A stretch of DNA of 64,000 nucleotides, from contig CM059432.1 of assembly GCA_030390025.1 (NCBI GenBank), forward strand, positions 21,330,001-21,394,000, in the 5' to 3' direction. Origin of the DNA: Squalus acanthias (Eukaryota). The notes under the pieces were generated by a model. The model searched no databases. It was not told the DNA's origin and saw nothing but the letters and a program-made list of their open reading frames with translations. Positions 1-12,323 of the stretch are shown piece after piece. Made by a program: the position numbers and the translations under genes. Numbering within the stretch: the stretch's first letter is position 1; each line of letters starts with the position of its first letter.

Positions 1-489
1 AAACTGGAGCTCCTCACAAACAGCATAACGAGCAGCAGAACTTTAGCTGTAGCTAGTTGGCTTTCTGCAACCCAATCATGGTAGACAGTGAGTCATGGAA
101 ATATGAGTATGTGCTCTCATATCTGGCCTTGAGGTAATTCCTTTCAGCAACTGTCATCCCAAGTGGATGGGGGAAGCAAAAAGAGTCTGAAATACAACAT
201 CCTGGTGGTGCTTGCACGTACAACATAAGGAAATAGTTCATGTGAATTAGAGATTCAGTAACTGAAGTTAATGGTTTGAGAATTATCTTCTTGGTCTATT
301 TCACATAATAATTTATTTATGTAAATGTCTTGAGAGTGTCTGTTGCATTCCAGCCTTCAGTTGTCATACTTTGTTTTTCTCTTTCTCAAACAACTATCTG
401 ATTCCCTTTTAACATTTACAACAAAGCATTCTTAAATAAAGTATACAAAAAGTGAGAGAAACCCAGTTATTTCCTGCTGTTTTTTTCTC

Positions 490-665
490 ATAGAACTACA
501 TAGCAGTCACAACAGAGAAGCGGACCATTCGCCCCAACCAGTCTGTGTCTGTGCTTACCCTCCATGGGAGTAAATAGTCCGAATCACATTTACCCACTTG
601 TTCCCATATCCCACTCGTCCCTTTTGATTTCATCCACCTATCCAAACTAATCTTGACCATTAACA
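490..665 (-). mobile_element. Old CR1-like LINE 3' end; appears to continue at ~7393-7680 beyond the Harbinger insertion
   Basis: catagaactacatag tail-like sequence and CR1 3'UTR-like sequence on the minus strand; 7393-7680 resembles a decayed ORF2 C-terminus. Confidence 0.45.
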
Positions 666-979
666 TGGGGGGAATTTTAACCTGGAGGAGCGTGTGGGTT
701 TGGGTTCAGTTGGGTGGCTAAATCCGGCAAAAATGTGAGCACGTCGGGAAGCCGGCTCCAACACGCCAACTTCTGCATTTCACTTCAGCGCGTTAAGCTG
801 TGTGCACGCAACCCCCCCGAGAGAGAGCGAGAGAGAGAGAGAGAGAGAGAGAGGCGGGTTGTCAAATGACATAGGTTAATCGCTCAATTAGAAAGATATT
901 GACATAGGTTATCACATTAACTTTGGGTCAACGAGTTTCCCGGGCTTCCTGGAACGCGTCAGTGAAAGCAAGGCGAGTA

Positions 980-3900
980 CACAGCAGGCAATTGAGGGGA
1001 GCTGAGCGGGGATCAGGAGTGCGGCGAGAGCGGAACAACTCAACACAGGCAGAATTTGAAAGAGCGACATCAGAGTAAAAAACCTAAAGTGATGTCAGCA
1101 CGAGGGAAGGAGCTGATTGGTGAGTAGCTGGTGAGTTTTCTTTACGTTTATTCCTGTTAAGTTCTGCTAAAGAGCGCGGTCGGAGAGAGGCTCTTCAAGT
1201 TATGGGCCGGGGTTAAATAGCTGGTTAGGGATAAAGCAGCAGTCTGGAGATTAGTAACTGTTAATTCTACATTAAATTAGTAACTGTTAATATATTATAT
1301 TAATAACTTGAATTAGGTACATCTTAGTCTTAAGTTTCTGTAACGTTAGTTAATAGTCGAATAAATAAAGGCATGGCGGCTCAGTCCCGCGGAATGTGCA
1401 TCCTGTGCCATGTGGGAAATCCAGGACACTTCCCATGTCCTGGACAACCACGTGTGCAGGAAGTGTCGTCAGCTGGAGGTGCACGAGTTCCGGGTTTCGG
1501 AGCATGAGCAGCAGCTGGCGTCACTGCGGTGCATCCGCGAGGGTGAGAGCTACGTGGATAGCACATTTCAGGAGGTGGTCACCCCGCAGCTGAGGAGTGT
1601 GCAGGCAGAGAGGAAATGGGTGACCGCCAGACAGAAGAGGAGGACCAGGCAGGTTGTGCAGGAGTCCCCCGAGTGCATCTCGCTCTCCAACCAGTATTCT
1701 GTTCTGAGTACTGGTGAGGGCAATGGTTCCTCTGGGGAGTACAGCCAGAGCCAAGTCCACGGCACCATGGGTGTCTCAGCTGTACAGGGGGGGAGGAGGA
1801 AGATAGGGAAAGTAATAGTGATAGGGGATTCGATAGTTAGGGGAGCAGACAGGCGTTTCTGAGGCTGCAGTCATGACTCCAGGATGGTATGTTGCCTCCC
1901 TGGTGCCAGGGTTAAGGATGTTACCGAGTGGCTGCAGAACATTCTGAGGGGGGAGGGTGAAAAGCCAGAGGTCATGGTCCATATTAGTACCAACGACATA
2001 GGTAGAAAAAGGGATGAGGCCCTGAAGGCAGATTTCATGGAGCTAGGAAAGAGATTAAAAAGCAGGACCTCAAGGTAGTAATCTCTGGATTACTCCTGGT
2101 GCCAAATGTGAGTGAGTATAGAAATAGGAGGATAGAGCAGATGAATGCGTGGCTGGAGAGATGGTGCAGGAGGGAGGGCTTCAGATTCCTGGGGCATTGC
2201 GGCTGGTTCTGGGGGTGGTCGTACCTGTACAGGCCGGACGGGTAAACAGCGCGAGAGAAGCGGGAGCAGCGGCGCTGTAAAGAGCGCGAGAGGAGCGGTG
2301 AGAGGAGCGGTGAGAGGAGCGGGAGCAGCGGCGCTGTAAAGAGTGCGAGAGGAGCGGTGAGAGGAGCGGTGAGAGGAGCGGGAGCAGCGGCGCTGTAAAG
2401 AGTGCGAGAGGAGCGGTGAGAGGAGCGGGAGAAGCGGCGCTGTAAAGAGCGCGAGAGGAAGTGGAGGCAGCGGGCCTGGGCAAGACCAGAGTGGGAGCAG
2501 AGCGAGAGAGGCAGCAACTCAACAGAGGCAGAATTCGAAAGAGTGACGTCAGTGTAGAAAAAGTGACGTCGGCACAAGGGAAGGAGCTGATTGGTGAGTA
2601 GCTAGTGAGTTTTTTTTAAGTTTTAAGTTTATTTCTGCTAAGTTAGTTCTTAATCTATTAAATAGAGGTATGGCAGGGCAGCTCAGTCCCGTGGAGTGCA
2701 CATCCTGTGCCACGTGGGATGTCCTGGACGCTTCGCGTAGTCTGGACGACCAACATGTGCAGGAAGTGTCACCAGCTACGGCAGCTGGAGATCCGTGTTT
2801 CAGAGCTTGAGCGGCAGCGGGAGTCACTGCGGTGCATCCGCGAGGCTGAGAGTTATGTGGATAGCACGTTTCTGGAGGTGGTCACCCCGCAGCTTAAGGG
2901 TGTGCAGGCAGAGAGGGAATGAGTGGCCGCCAGACAGAAGAGGAGGACCAAGCAGGTAGTGCAGGAGTCCCCGGAGTGCATCTCACTCTCCAACCAGTAT
3001 TCTGTTCTGAGAACTGGTGGGGGCGATGGTTCCGTCGGGGAGTGCAGCCAGAGCCAAGTCCAAGGCACCACTGGTGGCTCAGCTGCACAGAGGGGGAGGA
3101 AGAAGAGTGGAAGAGCAATAGTGGTAGGGGATTCAATAGTTACTGGAGCAGACAGGCATTTCTGTGGCCCCAGACGTGATTCCAGGCAACAAAAGTCAGA
3201 GCTCCCTGGATGATGAAAGAGACAGAGAGTAAGATGAAGCAGAAAAAGAGCACGTATGACAGATGTCAGGTCAAGAATACATCTGAGAATCAGGCTAACT
3301 ATAGAAAGTTCAGAGGAGAAGTGAAGAAGAAAATAAAAGAGACAAAGAGGGGGTATGAGAATAGAATGGCAGCTAACATAAAAGGTAATCCAAAAGTCTT
3401 CTATAGGCATATAAATAGCAAACGGGTAGTAAGTAGAGGGGTGGGCTTGATTAGGGACCAAACAGGAGACCTATGCATGGAGGCAGAGGGTATGCCTGAG
3501 GTGCTAAGTTAGTACTTTGCATCTGTCTTCATCAAGGAAGAAGATGCTGTCATAGACATAGTGAAGGAGGAGATAGAGGAGATACTGGATGGGAGAAAAA
3601 TTGATAAAGATGAGGTACTAGAAAGGCTGGCTGTACTTAAAGTAGATAAGTCACCAGGACCAGATGTGATGCATCCTAGGACACTGAGGGAAGTGAAGGA
3701 AGAAATTGTGGAGGGACTGGCCATAATATTCCAATCCTCCTTAGAAACGGGGGTGGTGCCAGAGGACTGGAGAATTGCAAATGTTACACCATTGTTCAAA
3801 AGAGGGTGTAAAGATAAACCCAGCAACTATAGGCCAGTCAGTTTAACCTCGGTAATGGGGAAGCTTTTAGAAACAATAATCGGGGACAAAATTAATAGTC

Positions 3901-5201
3901 ACTTGGACAAGTGTGGATCAATTAAGGAAAGCCAGCACAAATTTATTAAAGGCAAATTGTGTTTAACCAACTTGATCGAGTTTTTTGATGCGGTAACAGA
4001 GAGGGTTGATGAGAGCAATGCAGTTGACGTGGTGTACATGGATTTCCAAAAGGCATTTGACAAAGTGCCACATAATAGGCTTGCCAGCAAAGTTGAAGCT
4101 GATTGAATAAAAGGGACAGTGGCAGCATGGATATGAAATTGGCTAAGTGACAGGAAACAGACTGGTGAATGGTTGTTTTTTGGTCTGGAGGAAGGTATAC
4201 AGTGGTGTTCCCCAGGGGTCGGTTCTAGGACCACTGCATTTCTTATCAATGACTTGGATGTGGGTGCACAGGGCACAATTTCAAAATTTGCATATGACAC
4301 AAAACTTGGAAGTATAGTGAACAGTGAGGAGGATAGTGATAGGCTTCAAGAAGACATAGACAGGCTGGTGGAATGGGTGGACACGTGGCAGATGAAATTT
4401 AACGCAGAAAAGTGTGAAGTGATACATTTTGGTAAGAAGAACGAGGTGAGGAAATATAAACTAAAGGGTACAATCCTAAAGGGGGTGCATGAACAGAGAG
4501 ACCTGGGAGTATATGTGCACAAATCGTTGAAGGTGGCAGGGCAGGTTGAGAAAACAGTTAAAAAAGCTTACGGGATCCTGGGCTTCATGAATAGAGGTAT
4601 AGAGTACAAAAGCGTGGAAATTATGATGAAACTGTACAAAACACTGGTTCGGCCTCAACTGGAGTATTGTGTCCAATTCTGGACATCGCACTTTAGGAAG
4701 GATGTGAAGGCCTTAGAGAGGGTGTAGAAAAGATTTACAAGAATGATTCCAGGGATGAGGGACTTCAGTTATTGGAGAAGCTAGAGTTGTTTTCCTTAGA
4801 GCAGAGAAGATTGAGAGGAGATTTGATAGAGGTGTTCAAAATCATGAGGGGTCTGGACAGAGTATATAGAGAGAAACTATTGGCAGAAGAGTCGAGAACC
4901 AGAGGACACAGATTTAAGGTGATTGGCAGAAGAACCAAAGGTGACATGAGGAAAACTTTTTTACGCAGCGAGGGGTTAGAATTTGGAATGCACTGCCTGA
5001 AAGGGTGGTGGATACAGACTTAATCATGGCTTTCAAAAGGGAATTGGATAAGTACCTGAAGGAAAAAATATTGCAGGGCTACATGGAAAGGGCGGGGGAG
5101 TGGGACTAGTTGAAGTGCTCTTGCAGAGAGCCGGCACGGGCTCGACGGGCTGAATGGCCTTTTTCCATGCTGTAACCATTCTATGATTCTATGATTCTAT
5201 G
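980..5201 (+). mobile_element. Composite CR1 LINE: two 5'UTR/ORF1 copies, then internally deleted ORF2 (RT) and (ATTCTATG)n tail
   Basis: ORF1 CxxC zinc finger and SGNH esterase motifs (VIGDSIVRG, CCLPGARV, STNDIG); ORF2 motifs YRPVSLTS, YMDFQKAFDKVPH, FAYDTK, LVRPQLEYC; tail at ~5178-5201; several stops and frameshifts. Confidence 0.92.
2260..2460 (+). repeat. GC-rich minisatellite, 59-bp unit x ~3.5 with 12-bp subunits (gagaggagcggt)
   Basis: gcgggagcagcggcgctgtaaagag recurs at 2260, 2319 and 2378. Confidence 0.9.
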
Positions 5202-5386
5202 ACTGAAGCCATGACAGGGAAAATGACAATAAATACTCAGTACTCACAGCTGCTTTCTTACCTGCTTGTGTGAAAGGGTTTGTTCACAGTACGTGTGCTG
5301 AGAGGTTACATTGCACGCTTTGGAGGTCTCATCTACACTTTGGAGCTCTGATCTATCAGATCAGCATGGGTGCCGCTTACCTGAAC

Positions 5387-6569
5387 CTTAGATGGGGACC
5401 AAGATGACTAGCAGCAGCAGGAGCAGCAGCACCAGCAGGAGCCTGCTACTCATAGACCTACAGCTCCACAGGAGAGAGTGGATTAGCAGAAGAGTGCAGC
5501 TCGAAGGAGGCCATACCTGGCACATAGGGTCTACAGGCAGAGGATAAGCTTCCTCGACATGTCGGAACACCAGTGTCTCAGGAGGCTCAGGCTGTTGCGT
5601 CAGGTGGTGGCAGACATTTTCAACCTGCTGGAACAAGACCTGCTGCCAACTGGACCTGGTGGCCATGCTTTACCAGTGGCTGTCAAAGTCACCACCGCCC
5701 TCAACCCTTTTGCCTCTAGATCCTTCCAGGGATCTGCCGGAGACAGGTGCAGGATCTTGCAGTCAGTGACACGCAAATGCATAAGACAAGTGACTGATGG
5801 CTTGTTTGCCAGGGCAGCCAATTATGTACACTTTGCCTGGAATAACGCCAGTCAGAATGAGTGGGTGCTTGGGTTTGCGGCTCTGGCTGGCTTCCCACAG
5901 GTGCAGGGCATCATCACTGCACACATGTGGCAATTAAGGCACCCCCAGATCTCCCAGAAGAAGTCAACAACCGCAAGGGCTTCCACTTAATCAATATGCA
6001 GCTGGTGTGCAACCACAAAAAGATCTTTAGGCAGGTATGCGCAAGATTCCCTGGCAGCTGCCATGATGCTTTTGTCCTGCGGCAGTCCACCTTCCCTAAT
6101 CTCTTCGCACTTTAAAGCAGAGTTACCGACTGGCTGCTCGGAGACAAGGGATACCCACTTAAAACGTGGCTGATGACGCCTCTCAGAAACCCAAGAATGA
6201 GGCCCAGGAGCGACACAATGAATGCCTTTTGACCACCAGTTGTGTCATCAAATAAGCCATCAGCATGCTGAAGATACACTTCAGGTGCCTGGACAGATCT
6301 GGAGGCGCCCTTTAGTATGCACCAGCCAGGGTCTCCAGAATGGCTATGGTGTGCTGCGCTCTGCACAACATTGCGCAGCAGCGAGGTTTGGACTTGCAGG
6401 AGGAACAAGGCACAGAGCACAGAGCCTTTTGGAGGATTCAGAGGAGGAGGAGGAGGAGGAGGGGGATGAGGAGGACGAGGACGAGAAAGTGGAAGGTGAT
6501 GCGGGCAATGCACCACCAGCAGCACACAATGCTGCCCGGGATGCCCTCATTATTGTGAGACTCACTTAG
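5387..6569 (+). pseudogene. Harbinger (HARBI1-like) DDE transposase, frameshifted
   Basis: Motifs [57 protein letters not shown] and an acidic tail spread over several frames. Confidence 0.9.
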
Positions 6570-7680
6570 GTTCCACCAGTACACCCATCTAACAACCACA
6601 TGGAAAAGTCACTTTTGCCCCCCTCCACCCAATGCCACTAACACAAAGCAGTCCTGCAAACAACCAAGCATCCCTTTCACTGCCCCCATTGCTCGGCATC
6701 AATTTATGTCTTCCCATTCATCATCACACAACTGAATAGGTGAATTGCTAGACAGCAACCAAGAAAGGACAAGATGGGAAAGTGGTGCAAAAGAATAATA
6801 TTCATGTGGTTCAAATAACAACAGAAACTTAACAATCTGACAATGTGTAACACACCCATATGCACACCCTTGTGCAACTACAAACCTTTTCTCTTCCTTT
6901 TCCTAGTACTTCCTGTGCAACCCCTGTGGCTTCAGTAGAGGTAGAGGCAGGCTGCTCAGATCCCTGCTATGACTGTTGAATTGTTCTTGGCCGATGTCGT
7001 CAGGGTTTTGGAGCCTATGAGGACCCTACCAAAGACTGTTCCACCTGCACCTGCGCAGGGGCAGATTTGGCCATCGGGAGACGAGGCAGCATGTGGGGTA
7101 CTGACTGAGGGGCGCGGGGGCAAAGGTTGAGAAGTGGAAGTGCTTTGAGCCGAGTCCCCACTTCCATGTTCCCTTTCCCTTCCTCCCGGCCCCCCAAGCT
7201 CCCCCACCATCAGCCCGCACCCCCCAATCAGGCTGACCTCCGGGTGGGGAACCCGATGGGGAACCCACCCTTTCCGTCGCATGCATGCTGTGGAGTGAAA
7301 ATTCCACAGCGTGCCGGGAAACCCGAACTTCCGGGTTTGCCGCCATCTCCCGGGTCTCCCCCGCACCATGCGGGATGGGACCTGGGAAAATCATATGTTT
7401 CCAACTACCCTGTCCATCCTTTCCTAATTTTAAACACTTCTATCAGAGTGCCCCATAATCTGCATTGTTCGAACAAAAATAGACTAATTTTTTCAAGACT
7501 TTCTTGTATTTTTATTTCTTAATACCAAGCAGGATCCGAGTGAATTTCTGCTGTACCCTCAGTGAAACATCACTATCCTTCCTATAGTGTGGAGACCAAT
7601 ATTGCACATGGTACTCTAACTGAGGTCTTATTAAAGTTTTGTAAAGACTTATCATAATCTCTTGGCTTTTATATTCTATG

Positions 7681-8450
7681 GGGGTGAAATTGGGTATCGC
7701 CCCGTTTGGGGCACTAACCTTTGAAATTTTGAAAATTTACCGACAGGCGTTAAGGATTCTGAACTTCTACTAAATTGGGTGTTAGCGCCCCAGGAAAGAA
7801 GTGGGGCGCTAAATCAAGCGCTAATGAACTCAGTGGGGTGCTTCAGGGGCGCTACCAGCAGAGCGCTAATGAATTTCAGGTGCAATGTATTCAGCAATGA
7901 TCCTTCACACTGGTTCTTCCTGCTCTTAAAGGGGAGGTTGCATCATTGTGCAGATGATACTCATTTTCAGCATTGCTGGCTTTGAGGCGACCTACGAGCA
8001 AGTGAATCCCCTGATGGCTATGGCTGTTCCCACTCCCAGGGAGAGAGCTCGTTGGTTCACAGACGTGGCATTGGAGGCATTGGTGGCTGGAGTGGAGCGA
8101 AGGAGGGCAATGCTGTCCCGGCCACTGGAAGGAGGCCATTGCCCCAGATGTTCAGGGCAATGTGGAGGGAAGTGGCCCAGGAGGTCTTGGCCAGTAGTGT
8201 GGTGGAACGCAGCCTGACACAGTGCCGCAAGAAATTCAACGACCTCAGTCGGGTGGTCAAGGTGAGTACATACTTCAACTGCTCCTACATACCAGCATCT
8301 GAACCTCAGTCTGTGCACACTGCGCCACCACTCACCCACCAAACATCTTCACCTACTCAAACTCACATCCACATCTCATGCCCTGCCTACAATCACAGTT
8401 ATTCAAAGATGGCAGGCATAGCTCCCAAACTCATAGCTGTACTCTGACTC
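7681..8450 (+). mobile_element. Harbinger left end with first exon of the Myb/SANT accessory gene (truncated)
   Basis: GGGGTGAAATTGGG terminus similar to 34213; RARWFTDVALEALV and W.EVAQEV...QCRKKFNDL followed by a GTGAGT donor. Confidence 0.8.
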
Positions 8451-8774
8451 AAAGATTGATCCCTTGGTCGAGTCAACCGATTGTTGCAGGGCCAGCAATA
8501 AGGACAACTGGCCCCGGAGTGTTGCTGGGTTAAGGATGGGAGGATCAACTGTTTTCCCACTCCTGGTTACTATCCAGTGACCCCTGCTGTGCTATTGTGA
8601 GCATCAGGTGAGGGCAGGATCAGGCTTAGCTGTGATGCAGCTTGTGGTGGAATAGCCTGGCAACATTCACTGTCAAGCCTCAGACTCGAATAATGGTGAC
8701 CTGGCTTAGATACTGGAGTATGACTGGCGCCCCTGGAACTGTAGTTCAAATTCAGCAAAAGTTGCTCCCCTGTG

Positions 8775-9455
8775 TTAGCATGCAGGTACAGCTAGCAATT
8801 AGGTTGACAAAAGGCTTGTTGGCCTTTATTGCAAGGGGGTTGGAGTACAAGAGTACAAAAGTAAGGAAGTCTTGCTACAATTGTACAGGGCTTTGGTAAG
8901 ATCACACCTGGAGTATTGTGTACAGTTTTAGTCTCCTTATCTAAGGAAAGATATACTTGCCATCGAGGGAGTGCAACAAAGGTTCACTAGATTGATTCCT
9001 CGGATGGGAGGGTTGTCCTACGATGAGAGATTGAGTAGAATGGGCCTATACTCTCTGGAGTTTGGAAAAATGAGAGGTGATCTGATTGAAAAATGTAAGA
9101 TACTGAGCATGTTTGACAGAGTAGATGCTGAGAGGTTGTTTCCCCTGGCTGGAGAGTCTAGTACTAGGGGGCATAGTCTCAGGATAAGGGGTCGGCCATT
9201 TAAGACTGAGATGAGGAGGAATTTCTTCACTCAGAGGGTTGTGAATCTTTGGAATTCTCTACCTGTGGATGCTCAGTCGTTGAGTATATTCAAGGCTGAG
9301 ATAGAAAGATCTTTGGACTCTCGGGGAATCAAGGGATATGGGGATTGGGCGGGGAAGTGGAGTTGAGGTTGAAGATCAGCCATGATCTTATTGAATGGTG
9401 GAGCAGGCTCGAGTATGGCCTACTCCTGCTCCGATTTCTTATGTTCTATGTTCTT
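8775..9455 (+). mobile_element. CR1 LINE 3' fragment
   Basis: QRFTRLIP, RGDLIE, FFTQRVVNLWNSLP; (TTCTTATG)-type tail. Confidence 0.92.
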
Positions 9456-10242
9456 ATGATATGGTGTGAGTCAGATTTGGATGATAACATTATAATCCTG
9501 ATTCCCTGACCCATGCTCCCATCTGGTGAGGCCCCAATCTGCAAGTGCAGCCTCACTGAATTTGCCCTTATACCCTGGCATGAGTCGACACATTCAGGGG
9601 AGGAATGTAAGGGGTGGGCGGGGGGGGCGGGGGGGGGGGGGGGATGGAAGACTGCAGAGAAAATTGGCGCAGACATAAAAGAAAAACCATGAGTGCTAGA
9701 AATCAGAAATACGAGTTGAAACTGCACAGCAGTTTAGTCAGCATCCGAAAGGGAAAGGCAGGTTAGCATTCTGGGCCGACTCTTTGTTCTCATGAAAGAT
9801 GTTGACTCATTCTGTGCTTTTGAAGCAATTTCTATTGTTACTGATAAAATATTTAGGGATAACTTTCTGATAGTCAAAAAATGTGCGCACTCGGTGTGCG
9901 AGAGCAGCAGCATGTAGTCAGAAGATTATCCCTTTTACCTCAGCGGAACTGTATGGAGCCTTAGGGAGGACCAGAGCGTCTTAATCTCAAGGTCTGTCAG
10001 GCCAGATCTAGGTTAGATGTTAAGAGGTGGTCCTTTTCCCAGAGAATAGTGGAACCGTGGAACAAGCTGCCGTTGTGCTTGTGCATTGAACACTGATTCG
10101 CTGAGTTCCTTCAAGTGAGAGCAGGACCTGTTTCTGGCTGGACCGAAGATCACCTTGAACAAGAGTTAGGTACCGTATAACATTAACCAGGTGTCCTGAC
10201 AATTCTGTTTCTCCATTCTCGAACGGAGAATGTCTTCCCACA

Positions 10243-12323
10243 ATCCGTACAGATTAGTGTGGGTTTAATAGGGTCTGCCTTTTCTAAAGCATACCGTAAT
10301 GCTGCGGCTTCAGCATATTGCGCTGTCTTATGGCCAAGGGGTATGGACAGTAATACTTCTGGATTAAAAGAATAGGAATCTCAAAGTCCCCACTACTATC
10401 CCCGTCCCAGCTGAGGATTGTTGGGATATCCCTTTTTTAATTGTCATTGAAGATCCATCACAGTAAATAACGAGATGATACTCTGTAAGCGGTCTCATAG
10501 GTATTTGTCTGATTCCCTCCTCCGTATCATCATCGTCCATGATGGGGAGATGCCCTAAGTCCATTTCTGGGGAGAGGAATTTAAAAATGAGTGTAGGATC
10601 ATTCAAGAACGATGCCCATTTATCATATCGGATCTGGGTGGCTCTTTTTTCATCAGAGGCCATCCTCAATACTGATCTTAAATTGGGAATCTCAGTATAG
10701 ATGGTAATGGGGTATTTCCCTTGAAGGGTTCTTGCCTTGATGAGGCATTGGACTACCATAGTCATGTCCCTTTCTTTTTTAATGTACCTCCTTTTGGCAT
10801 TGGAAAAGTTATAAGAATGGAACTGAATGGGCCCTATGCTCTTTTCATTATAGAAAACTGCAACTGCCACTTTAGGTGATAACCTGAGATGAATATTGAG
10901 GGGAGCTTGTAGGTCCCTCTGTTCCAGGTCTATGGCTTTTTGTACCTCTCGGCATAATTGTTGCAATTTTGAGTAATCATCTGGTGAAAATATGAATGGT
11001 CCTTTTGCTGCTTCGCCCACTCTAGCATACAGGGGGGCTGAGAGCTCGGCAAAGGTTGGCGTAAAGGATCGAGCAAAATTCAGGAGTCCTAAACTTGCTT
11101 GCAGATTTTTCAGAGTTTTAGGATATTGAATGGTGGCTAATTTTTCTTTATAGGATTGAGTTAATCCTCTACCGTTTCCAGTTATTCGCAGGCCCAGAAA
11201 ATCTACCTCTTCCCTAACTAGTTGACTCTTTTTTATGTTGATTAAGTACCCAGCAGCTGTAAGTCTGGATAAAACACTGTCAATGGCTTTCAAGTGCTCT
11301 TGGAGATTGTCATGTGACAGATATATATCGTCCACATAAGAATTGACGTTAGGTAGGTCTTTTAAAAGGTCAATGATGTGGGCTGAAAAGAGAACGGGAC
11401 TGTTTTGAAATCCCTGGGGCAATCTGGTCCAGCAGTACTGATAACCATCGGGTCCAGTCATCGCTGTTTTTGGCCAATCAGCTTTTTCGATTGGATGTGA
11501 CCAGAAGCCGTTTGCTAGATCAATACAAGATTTATATTTTTCCCTCGTGATTCCAGAGAGAAGGGCTGTGGAATTTTGCTGTTGTGCAGTATGTGGGGCC
11601 GTTACCCTATTTAAGGCTGTAGAATTGACCACTAATCTCCACCTCCCATCTGGTTTAGCAACACCAAACAATGGTGAATTAGTTCTAGGTGCCATTTTGA
11701 TTAAGATACCTTGTTCTGTTAGTTCTTTGAGCGTTGTTAGATCTATTTTTCCTTTGTGGTCTTGAATAGGCCACTGTTTTTTAGGTTTATTCCAGCCAGC
11801 ATCAAGTGGGTGGGGTTTGATGTCTATCTTTCCACATTGATTTGGATGGCGTTGTAGATAAGGGTAATATCTATTAATGAGTTGCTCGAGGAGGTCTTTG
11901 CCTCCCCCCTCTAGGCAAGTTCGATCAAGCTGTGTCCGAACATGTTTTTCCTTGTCACCCTGGTCTGTGGATGCTTCTACAGGTCTGGTTGAGATTTTAA
12001 GGTAATGTTTCATGGTCTGGTTGTCCTATAATGAGGGAACAGGCCAATTGTGGTACCAGTCCTACATCTAGGGTCACCGTGATTTCATATATGGTAATAG
12101 GTATTTTGTAAAAATTAATTATTTTGGTTTTAGCTTGTGTGAATCCCCCTGATGGTCTTTTACAAATTGGGCTCCCCAAATCTGTCCACTTAGTTTTTAT
12201 AATTGCAGGATCTATTACAGTGTAATCAGCTCCCGTATCAAACAGGGCCTTCACTTGTGTGTTTGTGGTCAAGGTTGCCAGGGCATAGGGGAATTCAAGA
12301 GGCCCTGGCTGGGTGCCAGGCCT
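10243..12323 (-). pseudogene. pol: Foamy-like pro-pol (aspartic protease, RT, RNase H), frameshifts at ~12013 and ~10380, truncated within RNase H
   Basis: LFDTGAD protease; IDLANGFWSHPI, YCWTRLPQGFQNSP, YVDDIYLSHD match spumavirus RT; RNase H YCDGS...SIPLGHKTAQYAE...ICTD resembles foamy SIPLGNHTAQMAE...VITD. Confidence 0.95.

Larger units (their letters stand above)
667..7392 (+). mobile_element. Decayed PIF/Harbinger DNA transposon interrupted by a CR1 (980-5201)
   Basis: GGGGGAATTTT terminus; HARBI1-like transposase remnants at 5387-6569; right end degenerate. Confidence 0.6.

Noticed and set aside
2260..2460. CRISPR-like periodicity
   Set aside because: No unique spacers, no cas genes, eukaryotic context
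2035..2577. 180-aa and 113-aa ORFs with repeated peptides
   Set aside because: Translations of the minisatellite
9680..9845. Degenerate palindromic repeat possibly related to hammerhead-bearing elements
   Set aside because: Catalytic core not reconstructable
12005..12020. Programmed frameshift or separate ATG between protease and RT
   Set aside because: Removing one C restores IIGQPDMKHYL; no slippery heptamer, so more likely a post-integration indel
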